Below are positions 37,268-50,211 of a stretch of DNA of 64,000 nucleotides, one piece after another. Position numbers and translations under genes: made by a program. The stretch is from the NCBI RefSeq assembly GCF_963921235.1, contig NC_086097.1, positions 242,980,001 to 243,044,000 of the forward strand, in the 5' to 3' direction. The first letter of the stretch is position 1; each line of letters opens with the position of its first letter. Under the pieces are notes generated by a model. The model made no database searches. It worked only from the letters and a program-made list of their open reading frames with translations, and was not told the origin of the DNA. The DNA is from Mobula hypostoma (lineage: Eukaryota).

Positions 37268-38997
37268 TATACGGGTATACAATATTTTTATAATTATTAT
37301 AAGTATTATTGAAATAAATAATACTGGGAGGAACAACACCTTATATTTGTTTGTGTAGCCTCCAACCTGATGGCAAGAACATTGATTTCTCAAACTTCCA
37401 GTAATGCCTCCACACCCCCTCCTTCACCATTTCCCATCCCCTTTCCCTCTCTCATGCTTTCTCCTGGCCCACCCATCACCTCCCTCTGGTGCTCCTCAAC
37501 CCCCTCCCCCCTTTCTTTCTCCCATGGCCTTCTGTCTCTTTCACCAATCAACTTCCCAGCTCTCTGCTTCATCCCTCCCCCTCCAGATTTCACCCATCAC
37601 CTGGTGTTTCTCTCTCCCCTCCCCGCACCTTTCAAATCTCCTCAGCTTTTTTCCCTCAAGTCCTGCCAAAGGGTTTCGGGCTGAAACATCCACTGTAATT
37701 TTTTTCCCCCATAGATGCTGCCAGACCTGCTGAGTTCCTCCAGTATTTTGTGTGTTGCTGAGAATGTGCGTTGTAGGGTCCTCGAAAGTGTGTCCATAAA
37801 TTGAGGGATCAGTTCAATGTTGGGGTGAGTGGTTAACCCCTCTGGTTCAGGAACCTGACGGTTGAGGGGTAGTAACAGTCTCTGAACCTGGTGGTGTGGG
37901 ACTTAATGCGATCGATTGCCACACACGAAAACATGCACCTCAGAAATAAGCAGCTCAAATAAATATATTCAGTAATGCCCATTTCTTCATTTCTACTCTT
38001 CAAATTACTGTTTCTGCCGTAGGCCCAACTGAAGGTAAACAGAGGTCTGGAGATGTTACCTATTGACGTCTCTCTGCGATGGTGCCTGGGTCTCATGCAG
38101 GGAGTGAGGGGATTTCAGGCTAGAGACTCCATGTGCGTTGCTCATGTAGATGCAACAGAGACTGAAAACTTACAGCATGTGGGAGGGAGCGGGTGGATAA
38201 AACTACTGCCCACCTCTCACTGGCCCCATGGTACAACCTTCAGATTGGGATTTATGACATATACTTCGAAAGACACAGTGAAAGGTGTCCTTTGCATTAA
38301 TAACCAACACAGCCGAGGATGTGCTGCAGGCAACCCACAATTGTCACCACACATACCAGCGCAAACACAGCATGCCCATAATGCTCGGTACAACAACACA
38401 GAACACGAAAGTAACAAAACAAGGCCCTCTCCTCTCTCCCACCCACCTTCACACAGACAGTCCTCCAACTCCAGGATAGGCCGCTAGCCTCCAGGCATCA
38501 GCCACTGGGCTTTAACCCCTGGACTACCAACTGACCTTCAAGCTCCAATCTTCTGTATTGACCCCCAGACCAACTGATGAGACCCCTAACCCAAGATGAA
38601 CTCCAGGCACACCGACTGACTGGCCCTCTTGCCTCCTACTCGCATGGCCTTCGAACATGGCAGGGAGGCCTGACCTCGAACTCCTCCACATCCCCATCCC
38701 CGATCCCTAATCTCACCTCCAACCTGCTCACATCCCTGTCTCCAAGCCCTATCCTGATCCCCTAACTCCCCTCTCCGTCCTCAAAACCATCCTTACAAAC
38801 TTAAAACAAAGTCTAAGCAACAATAACTGAGGTCACACATGCAAGATTCAGCTGACTGAACAACCTGCAGACAGCTTTTAAAATTTTGCTGATTTTAGTT
38901 TAGTTTATTAGGTACAGAGACATGAATGAACTTGTTTGAAAATACTTGTAGTACAAAATCCTTAACAAACTGAATTATGTGCACCTCTTCACAAGTA

Positions 38998-39420
38998 GCG
39001 TTCGTACCCCATCCGTTATTTATTTATATACACACACATTCTTCCTCTCTCTCTCCTTTTTCTTCCTCTGTCCCTCTCACTATACCCCTTGCCCATCCTC
39101 TGGGTTTTCCCCCCTCCCCCTTTTCTTTCTCCCTGGGCCTCCTGTCCCATGATCCTCTCATATCCCTTTTGCCAATCACCTGTCCAGCTCTTGGCTCCAT
39201 CCCTCCCCCTCCTGTCTTCTCCTATCATTTTAGATCTCCCCCTCCCCCTCCCACTTTCAAATCTCTTACTAGCTCTTCTTTCAGTTAGTCCTGACGAAGG
39301 GTCTCGGCCCGAAACGTTGACTGTACCTCTTCCTAGAGATGCTGCCTGGCCTGCTGCGTTCACCAGCAACTTTGATGCGTGTCGCTTGAATTTCCAGCAT
39401 CTGCTGAATTCCTCGTGTTA
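38998..39420 (+). mobile_element. Penelope terminal repeat with 3' tail
   Basis: Closely similar to 23765-24138. Confidence 0.8.
39287..39322 (+). ncRNA. Minimal type I hammerhead ribozyme motif
   Basis: agtc-CTGACGA-a-GGG(tctcgg)CCC-GAAA-c-GTT-gact, with a palindromic AACGTT stem III. Confidence 0.72.
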
Positions 39421-41189
39421 GCTTCTTCAAATTAGTTTTAGTGGATTGAAGAGGCTTGGACATATCGGGTAAAACTTCCACCACAGTGCAAGAGCAGGGA
39501 TTGGTTCTTACACACTTTTCTCAGTGAAGAAGTCTTGACACACCACTGTACATCAGGCATCAGTTTTCTGCACAGAACCAGTAGACTTCAGCAATGCAGC
39601 ATGCAAACTTTTGCAGAATTCCCAGCTCTCAGCCAAGAATTCTACAGACATTCTACAGATGCAGGAAATCCTGAGCAATGCACACAAAAAGTAGGAGGAA
39701 CTTAGCAGGTCAGGCAGGATCTATGGAGGGGAATGAACAGTCAATATTTTGGGCCAAGATCCTTTATTGGGATGGAAGGGAGTGGAAGGATCTTCAGTCT
39801 CGCCCAAAATGTTGATCGTTTATTCTCTTCCATTGATACTGCTTGATCTGCTGAGTTCCTCCAGCATTCTGTCTCTCTGCTGGTAAAGTACCTCCTGGGA
39901 CTGTCCCATTCAAATAAACAGGAGGCACCAGATGCAAGGGTGATGCAGAATGTTTTGTTTCATCGTTAATTTAAAAATTATAATTTTATCATTACTTCTT
40001 TGCAATGGTTTAAGCAGGTCCAGAATGATTTTGAGTGTTTGTTTCTAGCACCATCTGTCAGTGTGGGAGAGCAGGGCTCCCAGGGGAAGACTGTGCCCAG
40101 AGCCACACAGGAGGAATGGCTTGACTGGCAGCTGGCAATCTTTGAGCAACAAAATATTTGTCCCAAGAATACTGAAGATACACACTCAACGTTTTAGAAA
40201 CTGCTTTCTCCCCACTGCCATCAGCTTTCTCCTGAATGGACCCACGTATATTACCCCTCTTTTGCACTTTTTTAGAAATTTAGATTTCATATTGAAATTT
40301 ATGTATTGCAATGTACTGCTACCACAAAAGAACAAATTTCACTAATTCTACCAGAGCTGATTCTGACTGTTCATATTCTCTGATACGACCATTTAAGTTG
40401 AATGACTGACAAAAGAAGCACATTATCACTGAAATATATGGAGTGAACACCAAAATACTTACTTTCACATTGCAGTGGTCTGCATTTTATTAAGCCCACC
40501 TCTAACTAGCCTAAGATGGGATATGGATATTTGTTTGTTTATTTTATTTGGAAATACAGTGTGGAATACCTTTTGCGGCTCTTTGAGTCACACAGCCTCA
40601 GCAACTCCACAACTCCGATTAACCTTAGCCTAATCGCGGGAAAATTTACACTGACCAATTGCACCCGGTACATCTTTGGACTGTAGGAGGAAACCGGAGC
40701 ACCTTGGGAAAACCCACATGCAGAAGACGTACAGAGACTCTTTACAAAGCAGTGGCAGAACTGAACTCTTAAGTCAGGAATGCCCCAAGCTGTAACAGCG
40801 CCCATATAGTGCATGTCTGTGCATTCGGTGCATTGACCTTCATTACTCGGTTGGGGGGGTGGTGGGTTATGGAGCCGTGAGATTTAGCTCCATAAAACCC
40901 TGGTTAGACCACAATTGCAATACTGTATTCAATTCTGGTCACCTCATTATAGGGAGGATGTGGAAGCTTTAGAGAGTGTGCAGAGTTTTACCAAGCTGCT
41001 GCTTGGATAAGAGGGCATGTCTTACGAGGCTAGATTGAGTGAGGTAGGGTTTTCCCTCTGTGGATTGAAGAAGACTGACAGGCAACTTGTTAGAGGTGTA
41101 CAAGAAGTTCTTTTTAAATACAGACAGTGGTGGGTGTATTGAACACCCTGCCAAAGATGGATGCAAGGTCAGATACATCACAAGCATTT

Positions 41190-43545
41190 GAGACCATAAG
41201 ATGTAAGAGGAGAATTAGGCCATTTGGCTCCTCAAGTCTGCTCTGCCATTTCATCACGAAATTTCCTCTCAGCCCCAATCTCCTGCCTTCTCCCCGTATC
41301 TCTTCATACCTTGACCAATCAAGAATCTATCAAACAACAGGAATTCTGCAGACGCTGGAAATTCAAGCAACAATCTATCAAACTCTACCTTAAATATACA
41401 TAAAGGCTTGGCCTATACAGCTGCCTGTGGCAATGAATTCCACAGATTCACCACTCTGTCTAAAGAAATTCGTCCTTATCTACATTCTAAAAGGACACTT
41501 CTCAATTCTCCCACCGCAGGATTCCACATCCACTTTACCGAGGCCTTTCACTATTCGATAGATTTCAATGAGGTCACCCCTCATTCTTCTGAATTCCAGT
41601 GAATACAGGCCCAGAGCCATCAGACACTCTTCATATGACAAAGCATTCAAACCTGGAATCATTTTCACGAACCCCCTGTGAACCCTTTCCAGCTTCAGCA
41701 CATCTTTTCTAAGGGGCCTAAACCTACTCACAATACTCCGGTGCTTTATAAAGTCTCAACATTGCTTCGTTGCTTTTATACTCTAGTCCTTTTGAAATTA
41801 ATAATAACATTGCATTTGCCTTCCTCACCACAGACTCCACCTACAAATTAACCTTTAGGGAATCCTGCACAAGGACTCCCAAATCCCTTTGCACCTCAGA
41901 TTTTTGTATTTTCTCTCCATTTAGAAAATAGTAAACCCTTTCATTTCTTCTACGAAAGTGCATGACCATACATTTCCCAGCACTGTATTCCAATCTGCCT
42001 CTTCTTTGCCCATTCTCTTAATCTGTCCAAGGCCTTCTGTAGCCTCTCTATTTCCTCAAAACTACTTGGCCCTCCACCCATCTTTATATTGTCTGCAAAC
42101 TTTGCAACAAAGCCATCAATTCCATCATCAAAATCATTGACATATAATGTATAAACACATCCCTGTGGAACACGACTAGTCACTGGCAGCCAGTTTGAAA
42201 AGGCTCCCTTTATTCCCACTCTTTGCCTCCTGCCAATCAGCCACTGCTTTATCCATGCTAGAATTTTTCCTGTAATGCCATGGGATCATAGCTTGTTAAG
42301 CAGCCTTGTATGTGGCACCTTGTCAAAGGCCTTCTGAAAATCCAAGTACACGACATCAATTGATTCTCCTTGGTCTATCATGCTTGTTATTTCTTCAAAT
42401 TGTAACAGATTGGTCAGGCAAGATTTTCCCTTAAGAAAACCATACTGACTACGCCCTATTTTATCATGTGCCTCCAAGTACCCCAAAACCACATCCTTAA
42501 CAATCAAATCCAACATCTTCCCAACCACTGAGGTCAGACTTACTGGCCTATAATTTCCCTTCTTCTGCCTCTCTCACTTCTTGAAGCGTGGAGTGACATT
42601 TGCAATTTTCTAGTCTTTTCTAGTCTATCGATTCTTGAAAGATCATTACTGTACTAATGCCTCCACGATCTCTTCAACCACCTCTTTCAGAACCCTGGGG
42701 TGTACATCATCTGGTCCAGGTGACGTATCTACCTTCAAACCTTTCAGTTTCCCCAAGAACCTTCTCTCTGGTAATGGTAACTTCACATACTTCATGACCC
42801 CTGATACCTGGAACTTCCAATATACTGCCAGTATCTTCTAGAGTGAAGACTGATGCAAAATACTTAGTCACTTTATCCGCTGTTTCGTTGCCCCCCATTA
42901 CCACCTCTCCAGCGTACTTTCCCAGAGGTCCGATATCCACTCTTGCCTCTTACACTTTGTATCTGAAGAATCTTTTAGTATCTTCTTTAATATTATTGGC
43001 TAGCTTACTTTCGTATTCCATCTTTACCTTCTTAATGACTTTTTTTAGTTGCCTTCTGTTGGTATTTAAAAGCTTCCTAACACTTTACTTTATTGTCACC
43101 AAACAATTGATACTAGAGCATACAATCATCACAGCGATATTTGATTCTGCGCTTCGCGCTCCCTGGATTAGAAATCGATAGTAAATATTAAAAATTTAAA
43201 TTATAAATCATAAATAGAAAATAGAAAAGGGAAAGCAAGGTAGTGCGCAAAAAAAACTGAGAGGCAGGTCTGGATATTTGGAGGGTATGGCCCAGATCTG
43301 GATCAGGATCTGTTCAGCAGTCATATCACAGTTGGAAAGCAGCTGTTCCCAAATCTGGCCATATGAGTCTTCAAGCTCCTAACTTCCACTAACTTTTGCT
43401 CTATTATATGCCCTCTCTTTGACTTTCATGTTGGCTTTGACTTCTCTTGTTATCAATGGTTGTGTCACCTTGCCTTTAGAATACTTCTTCCTCTTTGGGA
43501 TGTATATATCCAGTGCCTTCTAAATTGCTTCCAGAAATGCGTTCT
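41190..43545 (-). mobile_element. CR1 LINE ORF2 remnant with a nested Rex1 tail (~43083-43380)
   Basis: GKSCLTNL, VYLDFQKAFDKVPH, KFADN. The insert matches the reverse complement of 32560-32850. Confidence 0.85.
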
Positions 43546-46500
43546 TCCACCAGTGCAGCTAGTCAGGATATTGAGGCAACTGCTGTTGCATTGAAGGAGT
43601 AATTCTGCTGTCCGGAGTCGCTACTGTTCTGGAGGTAGATACACAGCCCATTCTTGCGGGTGGCAACGAGGATGGCGGGCAACGCAGTGTGCTCGCTCTG
43701 TCTGTCTTAACCCCGCCCTCACAGACACTGACCTCAAGCACAGGTTTATAGCAGGAAGAGACCGGCAGATGCCAGTGGCTTTTACTGGTTCAGGATTCCA
43801 GCTCATTTATCCGAATCAGAATCAGGAATATATCCTGAAATTTGTTAACTTTGCAGCCACAGTACAATGCAATACATGATAATATGGGGAAAAATTAATT
43901 ACAGTAAATATACATAATAGTTAAATTAAATAAGTAGAGGCAAAAATAGAAAAAAAAGTGAAGTAGTGTTCATGGGTTCAATGCCCATTCAGGAGTCAGA
44001 TGGCAGAGGGGAAGAAGCTGTTCCTGAATTGCCGAGTGTGTGTCTTCAGGCTCCTGTACCTCCTACCTGATGGTAACAAGAGAACAAGGCACATCCTAGG
44101 CGATGGCAGTGCTTAATGATGGATGCCTGCTTTTTGAGGCACCGCTCCTTGAAGATGTCTTGGGCACTACACAGGTTAGTGCCCGGGATGGAGCTGAGTA
44201 ATTTTACAACTTTCTGCAGCTTACTTTGATCCTGTGCAGTAGCTTCCCCCTTTCTAGACTGTGATGCAGCCAGTTAAAATGCTTCCCACAGTACATCTAT
44301 AGAAGTTTGCAACTGTTTTGCATGCCATCTTGGACAATGTCTCCCATCCACTACATAATGAACTGGCTGGGCACAGGAGTACATTCAGCCAGAGACTTAT
44401 TCCACCGAGATGCAACACAGAGCGTCACAGGAAGTCATTCCTGCCTGTGGCCATCAAACTTTACAACTCCTCCCTTGGAGGGTCAGACATCCTGAGCCAA
44501 TAGGCTGGTCCTGTACTTATTTCCTGGCATAATTTACATAGTAATAAAACCATAAATAGTTAAATAGTAATATTTATTATTTATGGAGCAACTGTAACGA
44601 AAATCCAATTTCCCCCGGGATCAATGAGGTATGACTATGACTAAGATTGGATCATTTTTCTCAATAAATAAATAAATAAATGTTTCTGTTATTTATTTCA
44701 TTGAGTTCTCTTTATCTAGTTTTTAGGACTTGTGAAGATCTGATCTGCATATTCATGCAGAAACAGGAGAAGTTCTACGGGGTTTCTAGCACCACTGCAG
44801 GTCCCCACCACCAGGTTCAGGAGGAGTTATCATCCCTCAACCATCAGGCTCCTGAACCAGCATGGGTGACTTCACTCACCTCAACTCTGAACTGATTCCA
44901 CAACCTGCAGACACACTTTCAAGGAGTCCAGAGCTCACATTCACAGTATTATTTATCATTTTTGTATCTGCGTAGTTTTTCTCCCTTTACACATTGTTGT
45001 TCAAAATCCGTATAGTTTTGCATTTTGTTCCATTTGTTTGTTTTACACTGAATGCCTGTAAGAAAATGAGTCCCAGTGTATATACATATACAGTACACAC
45101 ATACTTCCATAATAAATTCTGATTGGCATGGCTTTCACAGAAAAATTCCATTGCTTCGGCTAGCTTGAAGTGCAGGGACATCAAACAGCAGCACCTGGGT
45201 ACGTTCAGCAGCAAAGCACACACCATCCTGAATGGAAGCCGACCTCACACCTCGCTAGAGTCACTACTACAGCGCTTATTACCAGCAGCAATTTTATTTA
45301 TTTAGAAATACGGTGTGGAACAGGCCCCCTCCAGCCCAAAGAGCCACATTGTCCCACAACCCACGTACTTAACCCCAGCCTAATCACAGGACAATTTACA
45401 ATGACCAATTCACCTGCTAACCAGTATATTGCTGGAATGGGGGAAGCAGCCAGAGCACCCAGAGGAAACACACATGTTACCGGGGAGGACGTACAAACTC
45501 CTCACAGACCAGCTCGGATGCCCTGAGCTGTAATAGCATCATGCTAACCGCTACACTAACGTGGCATTTTAAAGAAAAATGCACTGCAGAATATAATTGT
45601 GAAAAAAGCACGACAGGACCTCCACTACTACTACTACTACTTCAAAAAAAAAATCCTTGGCAAGCTTCTATAGATGTGTGGTGGAAACTGTGCTGACTGG
45701 CTGCATTACGGCCTGGTACGGTGGTATGGGAACACCAATGCCTTTGAATGGAAAATCCTACGTATGGTAGTGGATTCGGCCCAGTATTTTATGGGTAAAG
45801 CCCTCCCAACCATTGAGCGCACCTACATGAAACGTTGCCATAGCAAAGCAGCATCCAAAGATCCTCACCATCCAGGGCATGATCTTTTCCCGCTGTTGCC
45901 ATCAGGTGGAAGGTACAAGAGCCTCAGGACTCACAGCACCAAGTTCAAGAACAGTTACTACCCCTCAACCATCAGGCCCTTGAACAAAAGGGGATAACTA
46001 CACTCATTTAAGGACTCTTATCTTGTTATATCATGCTTATTTATCGTTAAATATTTATATCTGCATTTGCACAGTCTGTTGTCCACTGATGCTGTTTATA
46101 GTTGCTATAGATTTGCTAAGTATGCCTGCAGAGAAAAAAAACCCAGGGTTGTATATGGTGACATGCATATACTCTGATTATAATTTTTTAAAACTTTGAA
46201 CTTTAGAAGGTCATTACAGCAACTCACTCTCACCACACAAGGACAATTGAGGAAAGTAATTAAATGATGACCCATGCCCCATTAAATATTCTCAGTGCAC
46301 ATTTTCCATTTTTACCTTCAGCCCGTTGACAAATGGAATCAGAATCAGGTTTAAATTCACTGACACATGTTGTGAAATTTGATGTTTTGCAGCAGCAGTA
46401 CAATACATAACAAATACTATCAATTACAATGATAAATATATATTAACAAAATTTGCATCTACTCAAATTATGTTGGAGCACAGGAGAATGAAGGGAGAAC

Positions 46501-47055
46501 TGATAGGGACATACAAAGTTATGTGGAGTAATGTAAACTGGCTTTTTCCACTGAGGCGTGGAACTAACAGTCACAGGTTAAGGGTGAAAGGTGAAATTTT
46601 AAGGGGAATCTGAGAGAGAATGTCTTCACTCAGGGGGTGGTGAGAATGAGGAATGAGCTGTCAGAGGAAGCGGTGGATACGGGTTTGATACAAGTTTGGA
46701 CAAGTGCATGGATGGGAGGGATTATGGGGGGCTATGGTCCAGGTGAGGGTTGATGGCACTGGGCAGACTAACAGCTTGACATGGCTTAGATGAGCCACAG
46801 GGGCTGTTGCTGAGCTGCAGTGCTCCATGACTCTATGAATCTAATATTCATACACTAAGTTAGGGGATCCCCCTTATCTATTGATTCACTAACATCTGGG
46901 TTTCAGCTATAGAACCAAACAGGAACTTCTGCCTTGAAAGTTTGACAAGGGCTCGTCTCAAACTAACCTGCCTCTGGCCCCAGTGAATGTGAGTTTGGTC
47001 TGCGAAAGGGAAGGATATCAACATCTCTGCATAATACACCCGAGTGCCTCTAACA

Positions 47056-47135
47056 CAGGGGTTCCCCACCTGGGCTCCACAGACCCCTCTGTTAATGGTA
47101 GGGGTCCATAGCATTAAGAAGGTTGGGAACCCCTG
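47056..47135. mobile_element. 80-bp hAT (Charlie-like) MITE
   Basis: TIRs CAGGGGTTCCC(C/A)ACC; degenerate 8-bp TSD CTCTAACA/CTCTCATG. Confidence 0.7.
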
Positions 47136-47339
47136 CTCTCATGGAAGGTACGAGATGCAGAAAGGAGGTTTATGACAGCCAGTATAAAAGAGTGTGTTGG
47201 GGCACATTAATGTTCAACAGGAGCCATAAATGATGGGGATTTATTAGCCAAAACATGCACTGTACATGTTGCAATGTGTGAGGCAAGTGCTGCTGATTTT
47301 GAGCAGTGAGGTTTGATGAACCATTCATCAATCCTGACC

Positions 47340-47650
47340 AACACACGCAGATGCCGGAGGAACTCAGCAGGTCAGGCAGCATCTATACAAAAGGAATAAA
47401 GCGGCGACATTTCTGGCTGAGACCCTTCATCAGGACTCAGGTCGCGACCTGAAACATTGCTCGTCCACTCCCGTCCATAGCAGGTCAGATTGCATCTACG
47501 GAGAAGAACGAGGGGATGCTTCAGGCCACAACTCAAGACCTGATGAAGGCCTTGGCCCAAAGCATCGACTGTTTATTCCTCACCATAGGTGCTGCCGAAC
47601 CTGCTCAATTCCTCCAGCATTTTGTATGTGTTTCTCTGGATTTTCAGCAT
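47340..47650. mobile_element. Composite Penelope-derived fold-back element(s)
   Basis: Opposed copies of the ggaggaactcagcagg...gacccttcatcagg unit with decayed hammerhead motifs. Confidence 0.65.
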
Positions 47651-48061
47651 TAATGGTTTCTGACGATAATTATCAGTGGGATTCACGCCTCTGCTGGCTT
47701 TATGTACATAATCACCTCCCACGACTTCATTCTGGTCAGGAAAGGCATCTCAAGCACTTGAAATCTGAGGCCCTTATACTGCTCCATCTCAATAATCGTG
47801 TCACATTCTATCATGGCTTCCAATGATCTCCTCAAACACTGGATATATGCAATGAAAAATCTCCAAAAACAGGGATGACTAAATGTTATTTAACATAATT
47901 AAGTATTTAACAATATAAATTTAATTTATATTTTATACAATTTCTTCCCCCACTCCATCTTCCTCTATTCCCTGCTGGCTTTTTACCTCTTCTCACCTGT
48001 CGATTACTTCCCCCTGGGTTCTCCCCCCCCCCATTTTTCTTTCTCCTATGGGCCACTCTCC

Positions 48062-48372
48062 TTGGCACGTGGCTAAGTGGTTAAGGCACTCGACTAGTGA
48101 CCTGAAGGTTGTGAGTTCGAGCCCCAGCCGAGGCAGCGTGTTGTGTCCTTGAGCAAGGCACATAACCATACAGTGATCTGCGACGACACTGGTGCCAAGC
48201 TGTACCAGCCCTTGCCCTTCCCTTGGACAACATCGGTGTCGTGGAGAGGGGAGACTTGCAGCATGGGCAACTGCCGGTCTTCCATACAACCTTGCCAGGC
48301 CTGCGCCCTGGAGAGTGAAGACTTTCCAGGCGCAGATCCATGGTCTCACAAGACTAACAGATGCCTTTTTTT
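48062..48372 (+). mobile_element. tRNA-derived SINE inserted in a Penelope terminal fragment
   Basis: Boxes A and B present; flanking tatgg(c/t)ccactctcct duplication. Confidence 0.8.
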
Positions 48373-49179
48373 ATGGTCCACTCTCCTCTATTAGATTCCT
48401 TCTTCTCCAGCCGTTGACCTTTCCCACCCACCTGGCTTCATCTATCACCTTCCAGTTAGCCCCCTTCCCCTCCCCCACCTTTTAATTCTGGCAACTTCCC
48501 CCTTCCTTCTCCGTCCTGAAGAACGCTTCTCGGCCTGAAACATCAACTGCCTATTCATTTCCATAGATGTTGCCTGACCTGCTGAGGTCCTTCAGGTGTG
48601 CGTCTGTGTGCGTCAGATTTCCAGCAACTGCAGACTTTCTCTTGTTTATGACAATGTTGGCTGGATGATAGAGTTGTGGCAGGGAAGGCTGGCAGGAAAA
48701 TTGAGGGCTTCTAAAGCATTGATGCAGTTACAAGGAATGCACGCCATTGGTATACTTCATTAGGAATTTGAGGAGATTTGGTATATCACCGAAGACTCTA
48801 GCAAATTTCTACAAATGTACTGTGGAGAGCATTTGTACTGGTTAGATCACTTGTCGGATACGGAGAAGCCAATGCACAGGGTCAGAAAAGGCTGCGGAGG
48901 GTTGTAAACTCAGCCAGCTCCATCACGGGCATTAGCCTCCCCACCGTCGAGGAGGCCTTCAAAAGCCAATGACTCAAGGCAGCAGCATCTTTCATGGAGG
49001 ACCAGCACCATCTAGAACACGTTTTCTTCTCGTTACTACCATCCGGGAGGAGGTAAAGGAACCCGAAGACACACATTCTATGTCTTAGAAACAGCATCGC
49101 CCACTCCACCATCAGATTTCTGAACAGTCCATGAAAACACTAACTCACTATTTTGCACACCTTTTGAACTATTTATGCT

Positions 49180-49415
49180 CGAAGAGCCATCCGCAGTACC
49201 ACCGATGCGGCAGAGAGGGCCTCAAGATGGCTGTGGCTCAAAAGAGGGGAGCCATGGAGTCATAAGTAGCTAGCCATCTGGACACAAGCTGGGGTCTGAT
49301 CAGCCCCGGCTGGGTCACCTGGAGGTTGTATGATGTTGAAAGACCCGAAACACCCGATGATTCCAGGAACATCACTGAAGATGTGTCCAGAAGCATCAAT
49401 AGATGTATGTACACA
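49180..49415 (+). mobile_element. HERO-like (RLE non-LTR) retrotransposon 3' end
   Basis: RRAIRSTTDAAERASRWLWLKRGEPWSHK* followed by the 3' UTR 'tgatgttgaaagacccgaaacaccc', which resembles recalled HERO C-termini and tails. Confidence 0.65.
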
Positions 49416-49831
49416 ACTAGAATTCTGCCAAGGACAAACTCCTTGAGCTGAGGAACAAAAAAAACATTATGCAAAATCAAATCCCATCTCACTTGGGTAG
49501 GGTAAAAACTTGGAGGAATTTTCCAGTCATATTAAAACATACAGTACAAAACGACTCAGCAGATAAAGTACAGAATTTAAGTAGGTGAGAAAATGTCAAG
49601 AGTGTTAAATATGAAAAAAAATATATTTACCTCACCAAATATAACCCAGGGACTGTATTCATACCTTCATCATATCACAAAAAATTTAAATCACTGAATG
49701 CAAAAAGATTTAAAAAAAACAGATCAACTTAGAATCGGGTTTATTATCACTGATATATGTTGTAAGATTTGTTGTTTTACCTCAGTACAGTGTAATACAT
49801 AAAATATACCTTATATTACAAGATATATACA

Positions 49832-50211
49832 GTTGGGGTGTTGGTGTGGAGATGGGTCTCTACCAGAGGTGTAAAGCACTCCTTCCCTCTGCTAGCCTGC
49901 AAGTCACCCTTGGAAAAGGTGTAGCACCTGCTTAGCCTAAACCACCCCGATCAGGGTCATGTGAAGCTACGGGAGCAGGTGGCGGATGGTCGTATGAGCA
50001 GCTGGTGCATATCACAAGTCCTGGTTATGTGACCACTAACACCAGGCAGACAATCTCCGAAGAGTATTGATAATGGCTGGGGTCACCCATCTTGTAAAGA
50101 CACTGCCCAGAAGGTGGTAATGGCAAATCACTTCTGTCAAAAAACTTGCCAAGAACAATCATGATCATGGGAAGAGCATGACTGCCTATGTCATACGATA
50201 TGGCGCATAAC
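49832..50211 (+). mobile_element. Unclassified SINE-like element with RTE/BovB-like 3' tail
   Basis: Tail 'aatggcaaatcacttc...ttgccaagaa' resembles RTE-mobilised SINE tails. Confidence 0.4.

Noticed and set aside
43559..43806. CpG-containing segment with GC box, TATA-like motif and an MGCVSTSR start as an alternative first exon
   Set aside because: No convincing donor before the stop, and the motif order is non-canonical.
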